This document shows, piece after piece, positions 1 to 15,529 of a DNA stretch of 64,000 nucleotides. Positions within the stretch are counted from its first letter, which is position 1. Each line of letters begins with the position of its first letter. The position numbers and the translations under genes were made by a program. The notes below the pieces were generated by a model. The model saw only the letters and a program-made list of their open reading frames with translations. It ran no database searches and was not told where the DNA came from. Source of the DNA: Haliotis cracherodii (Eukaryota). The stretch spans positions 16,926,001-16,990,000 of the forward strand of contig NW_027266319.1 in NCBI RefSeq assembly GCF_022045235.1. Reading direction: 5' to 3'.

Positions 1-100
1 ATGAACGCGAATAACGTCAACTTGTTGCCTTAACCGTCACATTCGCTTGATCTGTCTCCATTAGCGAACTTCTTTGAGAGGCATTTAGAAGTTGTAGTAC

Positions 101-276
101 TAAGTAAGGATAAGATTAATGGATGAACAACTTCTTTATTACAATAAGAAGCGACGTTTCGGTGTAGGCACTAACAGGTTACCATGATGCTTGATAACGG
201 TGTTAGAGGCTAAAATAGAAAGTCGCTCCTTATTGTTATAAAGAAGTTGTTCATCCATAAATCTTATCCTTACTTA
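101..276. mobile_element. Palindromic Penelope-type terminal repeat (inverted pLTR-like), hammerhead-like consensus
   Basis: Arms 101-155 and 222-276 are near-perfect reverse complements and extend imperfectly toward the centre; related single copies at 12372-12422 and 23181-23239. Confidence 0.55.
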
Positions 277-1169
277 TCTATCAGAGAACTTATGGGACGG
301 CCTGGGAAGGAAATCAGAAAAGCACCAATCCCCCATCAAACATGAGCGATTTGGAACAGGCCCTTAATGAAGAATTAATTTCCCAGTAAAGTTTTCAAAC
401 GTCATACAACGTCAATGCGACGCCGTGTTTTGGTGTGTTTAACGCTCAAGAAGGGCACATAAAGTACTGAGCAATGTGATCATATTGAAGAAGAATTTTG
501 ACTTGTAAAACTCTATGCTTCAAACATGTACAAATGAAATTTGGAACCCAAGTCATGCACTAGAGCACGGAACAATTATTTCTACTTGTATTGTGTTCCT
601 ATCAAATACACACAATTAGTGGTCTCCCTTTAAAATACAAATAGGTTCGTACCAATTGATTTCTAACACATTTTTTTGTGACTTGAGGTTAATTAGCTTT
701 GCAAAACCCACCTGCATGTAGTGACGTTTTCCTGACGCAAGAAAGTAAACTTTGCAACATCCAACTACATGTACTGTGTGCATCACTCTGACGATATGTT
801 TCATAGCGACAATAATAATGAGGTTGATTTAACAAAACACCTGCTCTTTTGCTCATTAATATTGCAAAAAAATGTTACAGCAATGAATAACATTTTGAAT
901 TTTGTTTCAAACAATATTTTGCAGAGATATTTTCACCCACGCATGTGACGTCACAATAGTTCAGACTGCGCTCCACAGATAAGCTAGCGTTTACACACGT
1001 CACAGGTATCCATAAAATGAACAATGTAAAAAGGTGCTGAGAATATGAACCATCCTTCATCACCCGCTTCTATGCGATTAAAATCTTCAAGTTTAGGGTC
1101 CTGTGTTACAACAAAACAACAGCTTTAATGAAAGAAATCAGAGAACTGATGAAATGATAGTAAAGGTGT

Positions 1170-1700
1170 AATGACCATTCATGGCTGTGTCCTTTATGTT
1201 GGGCGATACATGCACGACACCGAGACGGCATACTGATGATTAACTTGCGTATGGTTACCCTTGGTACTGGCCGCCATACCGCCTGCAGAGCTGCCCCAAA
1301 CTGGGCTACGTTGACGGTTGCTGGGTCTCTGGCGTACGTTCCAATCCCGAGGACATCCCTAATTACAAGATGCTCTTTAGGGGACATGTCAGGGGACTTA
1401 GCGGGCCAGTCGCGAGATGCTCGGTGAGGACCTGGGCACGATCATGACATGGTCGCCAACAACGTTTTCTGCCATCGGTGAATCGGAGGCAAACCTTGAT
1501 TCGTCTGTAAACATGGTGTAACGCCATTGACGTACAGTCCGTGCCTGGTGTTGCCTAGCCAACCCAATCTTGGCCGCCTATAGTACGCTGATACCGTTCT
1601 CAAGACGCCTTGCTTTCAGGCCGGTTTGTAACAGTAAATGTTGACATCCGTCTGCTTGTTATTATGCGGAATTCTCTATTGATAACAGGAGCAGATTTGA
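1170..1700 (-). mobile_element. Degenerate Tc1/mariner transposase relic
   Basis: Minus-strand remnants MFTDESRF (about 1515-1492) and DWPAKSPDMSPKEHL...SMPSRCRACI...GH; internally deleted; boundaries approximate. Confidence 0.8.
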
Positions 1701-2196
1701 ATCTATGGCCCAGTGCAATTAATGTAATGTAGGTCTCGTACGTTTTGGCCTGCCACGCCCAGTTTTCATTGCAGCCCCACCCGTTTGACGGTACTTGTCC
1801 CACAGTCGAGTAATTACACATTTTGATTTGCCAAACATTCGAGCAACATGGGATGTTGACGCACCCTCCCCCTGTGCCGTACCCACAGTTCACCATTTCG
1901 TCTGTTCGGAGGCATTTTCAAGCGTGTGCTCAGCTCAGTTGCATTTATAGACATAGAGTCCTCCTTCATGTGCACAAACCTTGGTTTCTGTGTTCATAAG
2001 AATCACTTGCTCTTCATGCTTGATGGGAAATATTATTGTGATTAGATGTTACATTCATAATGCAACGTGACGATATCGTAAATATACACCTCAAGGATAG
2101 CTGAATTCAAATCATTAGTTCCCTTGCTTTCTGTCGGTAGTATATTTTAGTGTCATGGAAACAAAGTCAATGACAAACAATGTATCATCTTATTTT

Positions 2197-2202
2197 TTTA
2201 TT
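2197..2202 (-). terminator. Alpha-tubulin polyadenylation signal
   Basis: AATAAA on the minus strand about 47 nt after the stop codon, followed by GT/T-rich sequence. Confidence 0.65.
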
Positions 2203-2248
2203 CGGTCGTTCCATCAAGGGAACATTTGAGTGTCAGTTTGGGGTAGCA

Positions 2249-4729
<2,481 letters not shown>

Positions 4730-4786
4730 GATTGTTGTTGGTAGATGTGGATCTCACGTGGACTGCGAATTGTCTGGGGTGAGAAA

Positions 4787-4937
4787 GTCTGATGTAGAGA
4801 ACAGGTGCCCGGACAGTTATATACACATGGCGGACAGTCGGTTGTCAAGGACGCTGACCCGTAGTAATCGTTGCTAAGCTCATTACAAAGGCGTCATTAG
4901 AGGGACCTATTGAGTGCTGCTTGACGATACATATTGG
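4787..4937 (-). promoter_or_regulatory. Alpha-tubulin core promoter: TATA box, Inr-like element, CCAAT box
   Basis: Minus-strand TATATAA at 4823-4817, TCAGAC Inr-like at 4792-4787 about 30 nt downstream, CCAAT at 4937-4933; ATG about 60 nt downstream of the Inr. Confidence 0.65.
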
Positions 4938-5548
4938 ACTTTTCACAACAGGACGTGATTAACGTCTTAAGTGAAAGCTGTTGGCGGATATTCACGCATG
5001 ATTAAAAACCCGATCTCTAATTCCATGGTTCATTAATAATCTAATTATGGCTTGGTTTTCATAACTCACCCATACCATGGGAAATAACAATACCGAAGTA
5101 TATACGAATGATCGTACAGGAATTTTTATGAAAGTAAGTTAAATAAATAGTTGCTAATGTTTGGCGAAGTATTTACTTAACCATAATATAACAATTATTT
5201 TGTTTGATCTCTTAATTGAATTTTGGGTGGTCAAGGATTGAGATACACCGAGTAACGTCTACACTCATTTTGTAAACAATATTGTTTGGATTTGGTGTGA
5301 TATGGTATTTCTTTAAAAAACAGAAAGCAATTGATATTTTTTCACTTATGTGTATTCGTGGAATGCAAGGATTTACCATGTTGTGGTAGTACATTGTCTC
5401 GGGGATAAACAGGGACAAGACTCGGGTCAATAGGTTGTCACTGCAAAATCTGATTCAAATCGCCCCAAAACACTTCTTTGTCTGCTAACTCCATTGTTTT
5501 ATGTGTAACGATCTATCACTTAATAATTAATACTCTGATGCAATCCCT

Positions 5549-7956
5549 TCATGTCACCAAGGCACTCATTCCCTCCATGTCACCAAGGCACTCATTGCCT
5601 CCATGTCACCAAGGCACTCATTGCCTCCATGTCACCAAGGCACTCATTGCCCCCATATCACCAAGGCAATCATTGCCTCCATGTCACCAAGGCACCCAGT
5701 GCCTCCATGTCACCAAGGCACCCAGTGCCTCCATGTCACCAAGGCACCCAGTGCCTCCATGTCACCAAGGCACTCATTGCCTCCATGTCACCAAGGCACT
5801 CATTGCCTCCATGTCACCAAGGCACTCATTCCCTCCATGTCACCAAGGCACTCATTGCCTCCATGTCACCAAGGCACTCATTCCCTCCATGTCACCAAGG
5901 CACTCATTCCCTCCATGTCACCAAGGCACTCATTGCCTCCATGTCACCAAGGCACTCATTGCCTCCATGTCACCAAGGCACTCATTGTCTCCATATCACC
6001 AAGGCACTCATTGCCTCCGTGTCACCAAGGCACTCATTCCCTCCATGTCACCAAGGCACTCATTCCCTCCATGTCACCAAGGCACTCATTCCCTCCATGT
6101 CACCAAGGCACTCATTGCCTCCATGTCACCAAGGCACTCATTGTCTCCATATCACCAAGGCACTCATTGCCTCCATGTCACCAAGGCACTCATTCCCTCC
6201 ATGTCACCAAGGCACTCATTGCCTCCATGTCACCAAGGCACTCATTGCCTCCATGTCACCAAGGCACTCATTCCCTCCATGTCACCAAGGCATTCATTGC
6301 CTCCATGTCACCAAGGTACTCATTGCCTCCATGTCACCAAGGCACTCATTGCCTCCATGTCACCAAGGCACTCATTCCCTCCATGTCACCAAGGCACTCA
6401 TTGCCTCCATGTCACCAAGGCACTCATTCCCTCCATGTCACCAAGGCACTCATTCCCTCCATGTCACCAAGGCACTCATTCCCTCCATGTCACCAAGGCA
6501 CTCATTCCCTCCATGTCACCAAGGCACTCATTCCCTCCATGTCACCAAGGCACTCATTGCCTCCATGTCACCAAGGCACTCATTCCCTCCATGTCACCAA
6601 GGCACTCATTCCCTCCATGTCACCAAGGCACTCATTCCCTCCATGTCACCAAGGCACTCATTCCCTCCATGTCACCAAGGAACTCATTCCCTCCATGTCA
6701 CCAAGGCACTCATTGTCTCCATATCACCAAGGCACTCATTCCCTCCGTGTCACCAAGGCACTCATTCCCTCCATGTCACCAAGGCACTCATTGCCTCCAT
6801 GTCACCAAGGCACTCATTCCCTCCATGTCACCAAGGCATTCATTGCCTCCATGTCACCAAGGTACTCATTGCCTCCCATTGCCTCCATGTAACCAAGGCA
6901 CCCATTGCCTCCATGTCACCAAGGCACCCAGTGCCTCCATGTCACCAAGGCACTCATTGCCCCCACGTCACCAAGGCACTCATTGCCTCCATGTCACCAA
7001 GGCACTCATTGCCCCCATGTCACCAAGGCACTCATTGCCCCCATGTCACCAAGGCACTCATTCCCTCCATGTCACCAAGGTACTCATTGCCTCCATGTCA
7101 CCAAGGCACTCATTGTCTCCCATTGCCTCCATGTCACCAAGGCACCCATTGCCCCCATGTCACCAAGGCACTTATTCCCTCCATGTCACCAAGGCACTCA
7201 TTCCCTCCATGTCACCAAGGCACTCAGTGCCTCCATGTCACCAAGGAACTCAGTGCCTCCATGTCACCAAGGCACTCATTGCCCCCATGTCACCAAGGCA
7301 CTCATTGCCCCCATGTCACCAAGGCACTCATTGCCTCCATGTCACCAAGGCACTCATTGCCTCCATGTCACCAAGGCACTCATTGCCCCCATGTCACCAA
7401 GGCATTCATTGCCTCCATGTCACCAAGGCACTCATTGCCCCCATGTCACCAAGGCATTCATTGCCTCCATGTCACCAAGGCACTCAGTGCCTCCATGTCA
7501 CCAAGGCACGCATTCCCTCCATGTCACCAAGGCACTCATTCCCTCCATGTCACCAAGGCACTCAGTGCCTCCATGTCACCAAGGAACTCAGTGCCTCCAT
7601 GTCACCAAGGCACCCATTGCCCCCATGTCACCAAGGCACTCATTCCCTCCATGTCACCAAGGCACTCATTGCCTCCATGTCACCAAGGCACTCAGTGCCT
7701 CCATGTCACCAAGGAACTCAGTGCCTCCATGTCACCAAGGCACTCATTGCCCCCATGTCACCAAGGAACTCAGTGCCTCCATGTCACCAAGGCACTCATT
7801 CCCTCCATGTCACCAAGGCACTCATTGCCTCCATGTCAGCAAGGCACTCATTGCCTCCATGTCACCAAGGCATTCATTGCCTCCATGTCACCAAGGCACT
7901 CATTGCCTCCATGTCACCAAGGCACTCATTGCCCCCATGTCACCAAGGCACTCATT
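5549..7956. repeat. 26-bp minisatellite, about 92 copies
   Basis: Unit CCATGTCACCAAGGCACTCATTGCCT; explains the 871/804/429/355-aa ORFs (26-aa periodicity in all three plus frames). Confidence 0.97.
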
Positions 7957-8307
7957 ACAATATAGAGACTAGACTAAAGATTAAAGTGGTAACTATAAGG
8001 TGGGAACTGTTGCAGACAGGGGTTAAGTGGGGACAACAAGGATGTATTTGGTTCCCTGTATTTTCAAGACGCGTATGCCCTTCACTTATGTAAGAGACGT
8101 ATACGTTTCTCTTTAAACAAGATGAGTTTGACTGACATTTAGTCCCAGAGCTAAAGTCATCAAATTTAAAAATATATATCTACAAAAACAAATCCAAATG
8201 GAGACGAGAACAATCCTTAATTTCAGGCTGAGGCAATCTAGACTTGCCAAATCATTCTAGACTTGAGATGGTTGATTATTTTCTCTAGGTCTGTGAGACA
8301 GACTAAA

Positions 8308-8860
8308 GATGCGTATGCCTTTTCTTTTATGTAAGAAGTGTATGCACTTCCCTTATGCAAGAGACGTACGCATTTCTCTTTCAGCAAGATGAGTATGTCT
8401 TTAACTTTTATATAATAAGTATATGCGTTTTCTTTTATGCAAGAGACATATGCATCTCTCTTTCAACAAGATGCTTATGTCTTTCCCTTTTATGTAAAAA
8501 GTGTATGCGTTTTCTTTATGCAAGAGACGTACATGTATGTATTTCTTTGAAACAAGATGCGTATGCCTTTCCCTTTTATGTAAGAAGTGTATGCGTTTTC
8601 TTTATGCAAGAGATGTACATGTATGTATTTCTTTTGAAACAAGATGCGCATGCCTTTCCCTTTTATGTAAGAAGTGTATGCGTTTTCTTTATGCAAGAGA
8701 TGTACATGTATGTATTTCTTTTGAAACAAGATGCGTATGCCTTTCCCTTTTATGTAAGAAGTGTATGCGTTTTCTTTATGCAAGAGATGTACATGTATGT
8801 ATTTCTTTTGAAACAAGATGCGTATGCCTTTCCCTTTTATGTAAGAAGTGTATGTGTTTC
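8308..8860. repeat. 87-bp tandem repeat, about 6 copies
   Basis: aacaagatgc recurs at 8551, 8638 and 8725; more diverged copies on the left. Confidence 0.9.
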
Positions 8861-9829
8861 CACAAGAGATCTCTACGGGTTGTATGTGCAGAATAGGATG
8901 CCTTGTTGCCCTGCCAAACCTTCGCCTTACTTCTCGCTCATTATGTGTGAACCTGCAGTAAAATCTCTTTCATGTTTGAGTCAAAGTGAAAAACGGCTGC
9001 ACATGTACATGCACAGATCACTGAGTACGTATTGTTGATGCGATCACGTCTGCTGTGAAAGGATGCTCTGATGTGTATAGAAGGTTCATTGTACGATTCC
9101 GTCGATAGCGTGAGTCTATGCATATGAATCACAATCAAGTAATTGCGAAAAGGTGAGCGTATCCTGCCCCACAGTTGGCACCCATCAGAAGCATATACAA
9201 AGATAAGTCAATGGTTCACCCGAAATCAAACCATACGGAACAAATCAAAACAGGGAATTACATCGGGCATAATTTTGTCAATTGGTGTGCCATAAATGAC
9301 CTCATCTGAGAGCTTGAATGTTGTAACCTTCATTAAACAACCTATGAGCAACATTGAAATCCTCGTGGAAAGAACATGCTCGAATGTGTCTGTGAAATGT
9401 AGACACCAAAGCTGGACCTGCTGGACAATTGATCGATATAAAGTGAAAGTTCACTATCCGAAACTTGAAGTCAGTCCTCTTTTTATATAACCTTGTGGAG
9501 AGTTCTTGTCACTCGGAATATTTATGCATATATCTAAATATGAAACAGATGAGGCCGTATCTCTTGTCTCTTCTTTTATCTATTTCAGGTGGGTAAATAA
9601 GTGGAAGGGACTAAATCAGATCTTATCTTATCTCATCTTATCTTGTGCTAACAGATTACATATATGTTATCAATGAGGAAGTCTAGCATTTCGCATATAG
9701 TTTTATCAGTAAACTTCTGATGACATTTGCTTTCATTTTGAGAAATTATACCCAACCTCTGTAGTTAGAGATGTAACTATATCTAAAGTCACCCCGTTTA
9801 GTGTCAAAGTCTCCATCGATAAAAGAATG

Positions 9830-10210
9830 AAGTTTTCCCTTAAATTTGTTGTGTGAGATAGTTGTGCTCAAAGCTGAAAAATCAAATGTTCCGACAGAAT
9901 CACTAAAGTTCAAGCAAATCCTTTGACGTTTTGAGAATCCTCATGGTATTAATTCCACTTGTCTCAACTACGTTCTGCGAATATAAACAAAAGCATTCTC
10001 AGATTGTATTTTTGTTTATCTTTAAGACAAGGATTTAGTGGAACATTTGCTGGACCCAGCAATATCTTTCTCTTCGTACAGATATTTATTGAACTTTGGA
10101 ATCCAGTACAAATGAGGAATGGACATGTCTTCAGATTTTAGAGTCAAGTAAAAAGTTAATAGTACTGATGCGTTGTTTTGACAGATTTCTTCATCATCTG
10201 ACATGCTGGC
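9830..10210 (-). mobile_element. Penelope-like retroelement reverse transcriptase relic
   Basis: IPHLYWIPKFNK...IAGSSKCSTKSLS, SGINTMRILKTSKDLL and DFSALSTTISHNKFK resemble PLE RT motifs (LYWIPKLHK...IAGSSKCSTKPLS; FDFSTLYT); stops and frameshifts present. Confidence 0.75.
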
Positions 10211-11227
10211 TTTCTATGTTGCATTATTTGACAATCATTTCATGTAGGGAAGCCAGACCTTGGAAGACAGCTGGCTGGGACGGAATGGGTTTATTCCAAT
10301 TCTGTTTACTCTTTTTCAGTTTGTGCACTCCACCAATGACACCATCGAGCACTGACTTAACCAACTCTGAGAGACATTTAGTGGGGCGGTTTAAAGCTGG
10401 ATTTTGTCAAAATTGTGCACTTTGGGTTAAAAGCGCCAAACTTCACACACGTATACATTGAACCATTCCACAGGTTAATCTTCTCTTGTCCATTTTTGGC
10501 CTATGCTTCGACAGCATCGAAGAATTTGTTTTTGCATATGAAACTGAACTCGAGAACTTAAACACAAGAAATTTGGATAGCATTTTATTTTACAAACGTT
10601 GATATATTAAACCTTACTACGCTGGAAACAGTCGCTGAAACAGTGCAAACATTAGGTCCTAAACATAACTGTGATACCCGCATCAAATTCATCATGATCG
10701 AATAATCATATTTGATTGTTTGTAGATACTTGTTGATACTTTCTCTTTCCCAGCAGTTTATGTATAATCTAAGTTTGTAATTCTAAATATTATGTTTTAT
10801 AACCCCATCTTTATTAATTTGTCCTACACATTTATAGATACACGGACGTGAGAAGAAGTATATATGAATGTGTAATTGTGGTAGCCTACCTTAGATTCCA
10901 TTAGAGAAATTACTTCCAAGGTTACTCGGTTAGTTACTAATTTCTTGATATCAAAGTACCGAGCTTCGTCTTTGGGCAGATCTAGAGTGAGATATTAACC
11001 CACTTCGTTTATGACAGGCGTTTCCTCTCAATAAGAAATAGGGTGGTTTCAATTTCATTTATGGAATTTCTTGATATGATTAACACGTCAATGGGTTTGT
11101 TGACTTGAGACTAGCGAAGCCCCATGCTTCACGTCTCGAAATATTGCTTATTGTAGATCTCAGATCGAATATGAATATAGTGAAGGAATATACTGAGTAT
11201 TCATAAATCGCGAGTCTTTGGTGAGGG

Positions 11228-11705
11228 CAGGGCCTTTTCACAAAGAGGTGAGGTGAGGTGAAATGGGGTTTAACGTCGCGTCCAAGATTATTGCACTTAT
11301 ATAGCGACGTGCATGCACGTGTATGTGTGTGTGGCTGCTTGTACTAGTCCGGACTGATGCCGATTTATAGTGCTAGCACACTGAGATACCATGCCGCAGT
11401 TTAACATGAATGCCCAACTCAGACACAGTATACTGACTCCGAGCCGACCAGTCCTCGTCTTAGCCCCTTATTGCCGAGCGGCAGACAGGGTAACAACAAG
11501 TGCCATCTTTGAACGTCTTTTGGTATGACGCGGCTGGGGATCGAACCCCGGAGCTTCCGCTCTCCGGGCGGACACTCTACCATTAGATCACGGAGGCGGT
11601 CTTTTCACAAAGAGACCTTAACACTAAGGTGATAGTAACATCAATACTTTAACACAGGCTTACGATAGTCGCTGCGCCAGGACAGATGTGGGCAACGGGG
11701 CCCTG
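11228..11705. mobile_element. Harbinger-like MITE split by a SINE-B insertion
   Basis: cagggcc...ggggccctg termini; internal tactttaacacaggcttacga shared with the 56137 copy. Confidence 0.65.
11248..11600 (-). mobile_element. tRNA-derived SINE family B (about 330-350 bp)
   Basis: A/B boxes (GGTTCGATCCC), central GTCATACCAAAAGACG domain, (TCACC)n tail, 14-bp TSD CTTTTCACAAAGAG at 11234-11247 and 11601-11614. Confidence 0.9.
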
Positions 11706-12004
11706 AGTTGCATCAGTAGGATTGGAGAATGCGTACGAACTCTTATATGTAATGACTCGATTCTTAGTAAGGTTTAGCTCTTCAACGCATGAATCAGGGA
11801 CTTGTCTCTATCGGCCGTGAACAGTGTTTCAGTTATAAAACGATCTGCCTACTTACAATGATAGAGAAACCTGTGACGCCATTATTTAATCTCAAAATAC
11901 ATTTGTGTATAATATTCCAAATTTGTAAGGTGAACTGGTCATCTCAAGTCAGTATTCATTACCTGAATACATATTGGGTGTACTATTCCATATTTGTTCG
12001 TTGA

Positions 12005-12101
12005 GGGGAGGTCGGGTTGCCTAGTGTTAAAAGCGTTCGCTCGTATTACCGAAGACCCAGGTTCGATTTCCGATATGGGTACAATGTGTGAAGCCCATTT
12101 C
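12005..12101 (+). mobile_element. SINE family A, 3'-truncated
   Basis: Matches the 5' half of the 31014 copy. Confidence 0.8.
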
Positions 12102-12500
12102 AGAAAAAAACATATGTCCAAATTATGTACAAGTCATTCCTTTGGAATTATGAGAAACAATATATACACAAAATTATAGATAAAAACAGCATTGTATAAA
12201 ACATAATATCATTGTGTTAATATCTCCTTCTGCGGGGAATATTAAAACAGGTTTGGGAACATATTGAATTAAACTCATTTTTATTAAAAAAACACTTGCT
12301 CAAACACCTGTCCTGTATCTGAAAGGAGAAAGAAATTAACAAACAGTAATACTATAAATTTATGGATAACAGCTTCTGGTTTATTGCATATGACGATGTT
12401 TCGATATAGACCGTTATCAAGCTCCATTTGTACGTTTTCGTCTGGAATGCCAATCAAACACAGGGGGAAATTATGGCACACATTTACAGCTTCTATAAAG

Positions 12501-13315
12501 TTTACTGACCTAGCAGAGAAATACATCAACGACACTGGCGGTCTCACCTACCGACATTTACTGACGTAGCAGAGAAATACATCAACGACATTGGCGGTCT
12601 CACCTACCGACATTTACAGACCTAGCAGAGAAATACAGTAACGACAGTGGCGCTCTCACCTGCCGATATTTACTGACCTAGCAGAGAAATACAGTAACGA
12701 CACTGGCGGTCTCACCTACCGACATTTACTGACCTAGCAGAGAAATACATCAACGACATTGGCGGTCTCACCTACCGACATTTACTGACCTAGCAGAGAA
12801 ATACATCAACGACATTGGCGGTCTCACCTGCCGACATTTACTGACCTAGCAGAGAAATACAGTAACGACACTGGCGGTCTCACCTACCGACATTTACTGA
12901 CGTAGCAGAGAAATACATCAACGACACTGGCGGTTTCACCTACCGACATTTACTGACCTAGTAGAGAAATACAGTAACGACACTGGCGGTCTCACCTACC
13001 GACATTTACTGACCTAGCAGAGAAATACATCAACGACATTGGCGGTCTCACCTACCGACATTTACTGACCTAGCAGAGAAATACATCAACGACATTGGCG
13101 GTCTCACCTACCGACATTTACTGACCTAGCAGAGAAATACATCAACGACACTGGCGGTCTCACCTACCGACATTTACTGACCTAGTAGAGAAATACATCA
13201 ACGACATTGGCGGTCTCACCTGCCGACATTTACTGACCTAGCAGAGAAATACAGTAACAACACTGACGGCCCCACCTACCGACATACACTGACCTAGCAG
13301 AGAATTACAGTAACA
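12501..13315. repeat. 56-bp minisatellite, about 14.5 copies
   Basis: Unit TTTACTGACCTAGCAGAGAAATACATCAACGACACTGGCGGTCTCACCTACCGACA. Confidence 0.95.
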
Positions 13316-13756
13316 ATGACGCATGTCATTCCAGTACATATATACTGAAGTATGCTCGAAGTCATATCGGCTCTATGTCGATGCTTCGCCTCACCCTTCT
13401 TACGTAAATGTTGTCTCTGCTATTTTGGCATTAGGCTGGAACCGTTTGGTTTGCCACCGATAATAATTGGTAGACATGTTCCAAATTCCAAATTTGACGC
13501 ATTATTTATAAAAATGATGTCCGAGGCAGTTCCGTATTATAACTTATACCTTGTTGTTCACCTGTTTTGTCAGAACAATTGACTTGTTTTTGCATGTGTT
13601 TGTGATGGGTGGCTCCGATGGGACAGGATACGCCCACTTTTTCGCGAAGACTTGGAATCACCACTTTGATAATGATTCATAATCACATACTCTTGATATA
13701 GTCGGAATTGTATAATGGACTCTGCTTTTGTAACTATCTATTATGATTATGGACAG

Positions 13757-14402
13757 TTTTTTGTCGCTTTTATCTGTCTGTCTATTATCATAATATTTGT
13801 TTTGTCGCTTTTATCTGTCTTTCTATTATCATAATAATTGTTTTTGTTGCTTTTATCTGTCTGTCTATTATCATATTATTTGTTTTTGTCGCTTTTATCT
13901 GTCTGTCGATTATCATATTATTTGTTTTTGTTGCTTTTATCTGTCTGTCTATTATCATATTTGTTTTGTCGCTTTAATCTGTCTGTCGATTATCATATTT
14001 TTTAATTTTTTTTGTCGCTTTTATTTGTCTGTCGATTATCATATTATTTGTTTTTGTCGCTTTTATCTGTCTGTCGATTATCATATTTGTTTTGTCGCTT
14101 TTATCTGTCTGTCGATTATAATATTATTTGTTTTTGTCCCTATTATCTGTCTGTCGATTATTATATTTTTTGTTTTTTTTGTCGCTTTTATCTGTCTGTC
14201 GATTACCATATTTTTAAAAATTGTTTTGTTGCTTTTATCTGTCTGTCGATTATCATATTTGTTTTGTCGCTTTTATCTGTCTGTCGATTATTATATTATT
14301 TGTTCTTGTCGCTATTATCTGTCTGTCGATTTTCATATTATTTGTTTTTGTCGCTATTATCTGTCTGTCTATTATCATATTTTTCGTTTTTGTCGCTTTT
14401 AT
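13757..14402. repeat. T-rich minisatellite, 38-45 bp unit, about 15 copies
   Basis: Core TTTGTCGCTTTTATCTGTCTGTCGATTATCATATT. Confidence 0.92.
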
Positions 14403-15529
14403 TTAAATCACTGTTACCATAACGAACAACTAAAAAACGCCAGCACACTTCAAGTGAGTAAAGCATAATAACGACACAAGGACACAAGGAAAGACATGTC
14501 TTTGTATAATCTGCCTCGTATTCCATTCCGCACAATTGTTGCACACCAATTGACGGCAATTGTCGTCCGTACGATGATAATTCTGTCATATTTGGTAGAT
14601 TTCAATATGTATTGAGATAACCCATCGACAGAAGAAGTCAAGGTGGCCCAGCGACAGATAAGATACTTGGGACCTACCGATCGACAAACGAGGTTAAAAC
14701 TGGCTCTTCGACTGACAAGATACTCAAGTCCTGGGGACAGACGAAGCGCCATTGTAGCCCAGCGACAGGAGCTGCTGAACGGGGGCGTTAGGTATAAGTG
14801 GCCGAGCGACAGACAATGTACTTAGAGACCTACATACGTACCCGGTACAGGTGGCCGGGTAGCTGTAGAGGTACATTTGTACCTGTTGCATAGCAACAGT
14901 CAGTGACATAGTGAGTGAGTGAGTTTGGTTTAACGCAGCTTTGAAAATACATTTCTGTATATAAACGGCGTGTGGAATGGAATTGCATAAGTAATGTAGG
15001 TCTTATACGCTTACGACTTCAATCAAACCCACAAGCTAGATATGGCGTTGACAGAAACATAATCCGGGCGAACTGATACGTTTGTGGCATCTTCCCAAGG
15101 CAAAAGCGTCCACTTTTCTATAAAAGTCTAGTTTTCATCCCTGCCCTTTCAAGCCAACTGTTCTTGCCTCGATTCTGGCGCCATCCTATGTAGAGCAGGG
15201 ATGTGCACCTTTCGATGAAAACGCGAAATCCAACCACAGTTCTTATTTCGAATGGCTTCGCCAAGACAGTGGCTCTCATTACAGACGACCTGGTCCATCA
15301 AATAACGAAAAGATTCGAAATTTCACCCTGACAGGCAAATAAAATGACAGACTACCAGAGTAAAGGTATCTATTACAGTCACATTTCGCTGTCAAAATAA
15401 CAGAGGCGCATGGACTGCACATTATCAAGTGAAACCGCACATCACGGTAACATGAAACGCGTCAAAAAGTAGGACTGAACGTTTATCGCAGTAACTGAGA
15501 TGCAGTCGTTCGAGTTTAAGTCGGCTTGA

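Noticed and set aside
5478-8093. 871/804/429/355-aa His/Pro/Cys-rich repeat proteins
   Set aside because: Translations of a stop-free 26-bp satellite; the unit is not a multiple of 3 and all frames give the same peptide.
12501-13315. CRISPR-like regular array
   Set aside because: Head-to-tail repeats without unique spacers, no cas genes, eukaryotic context; the same holds for all other arrays.
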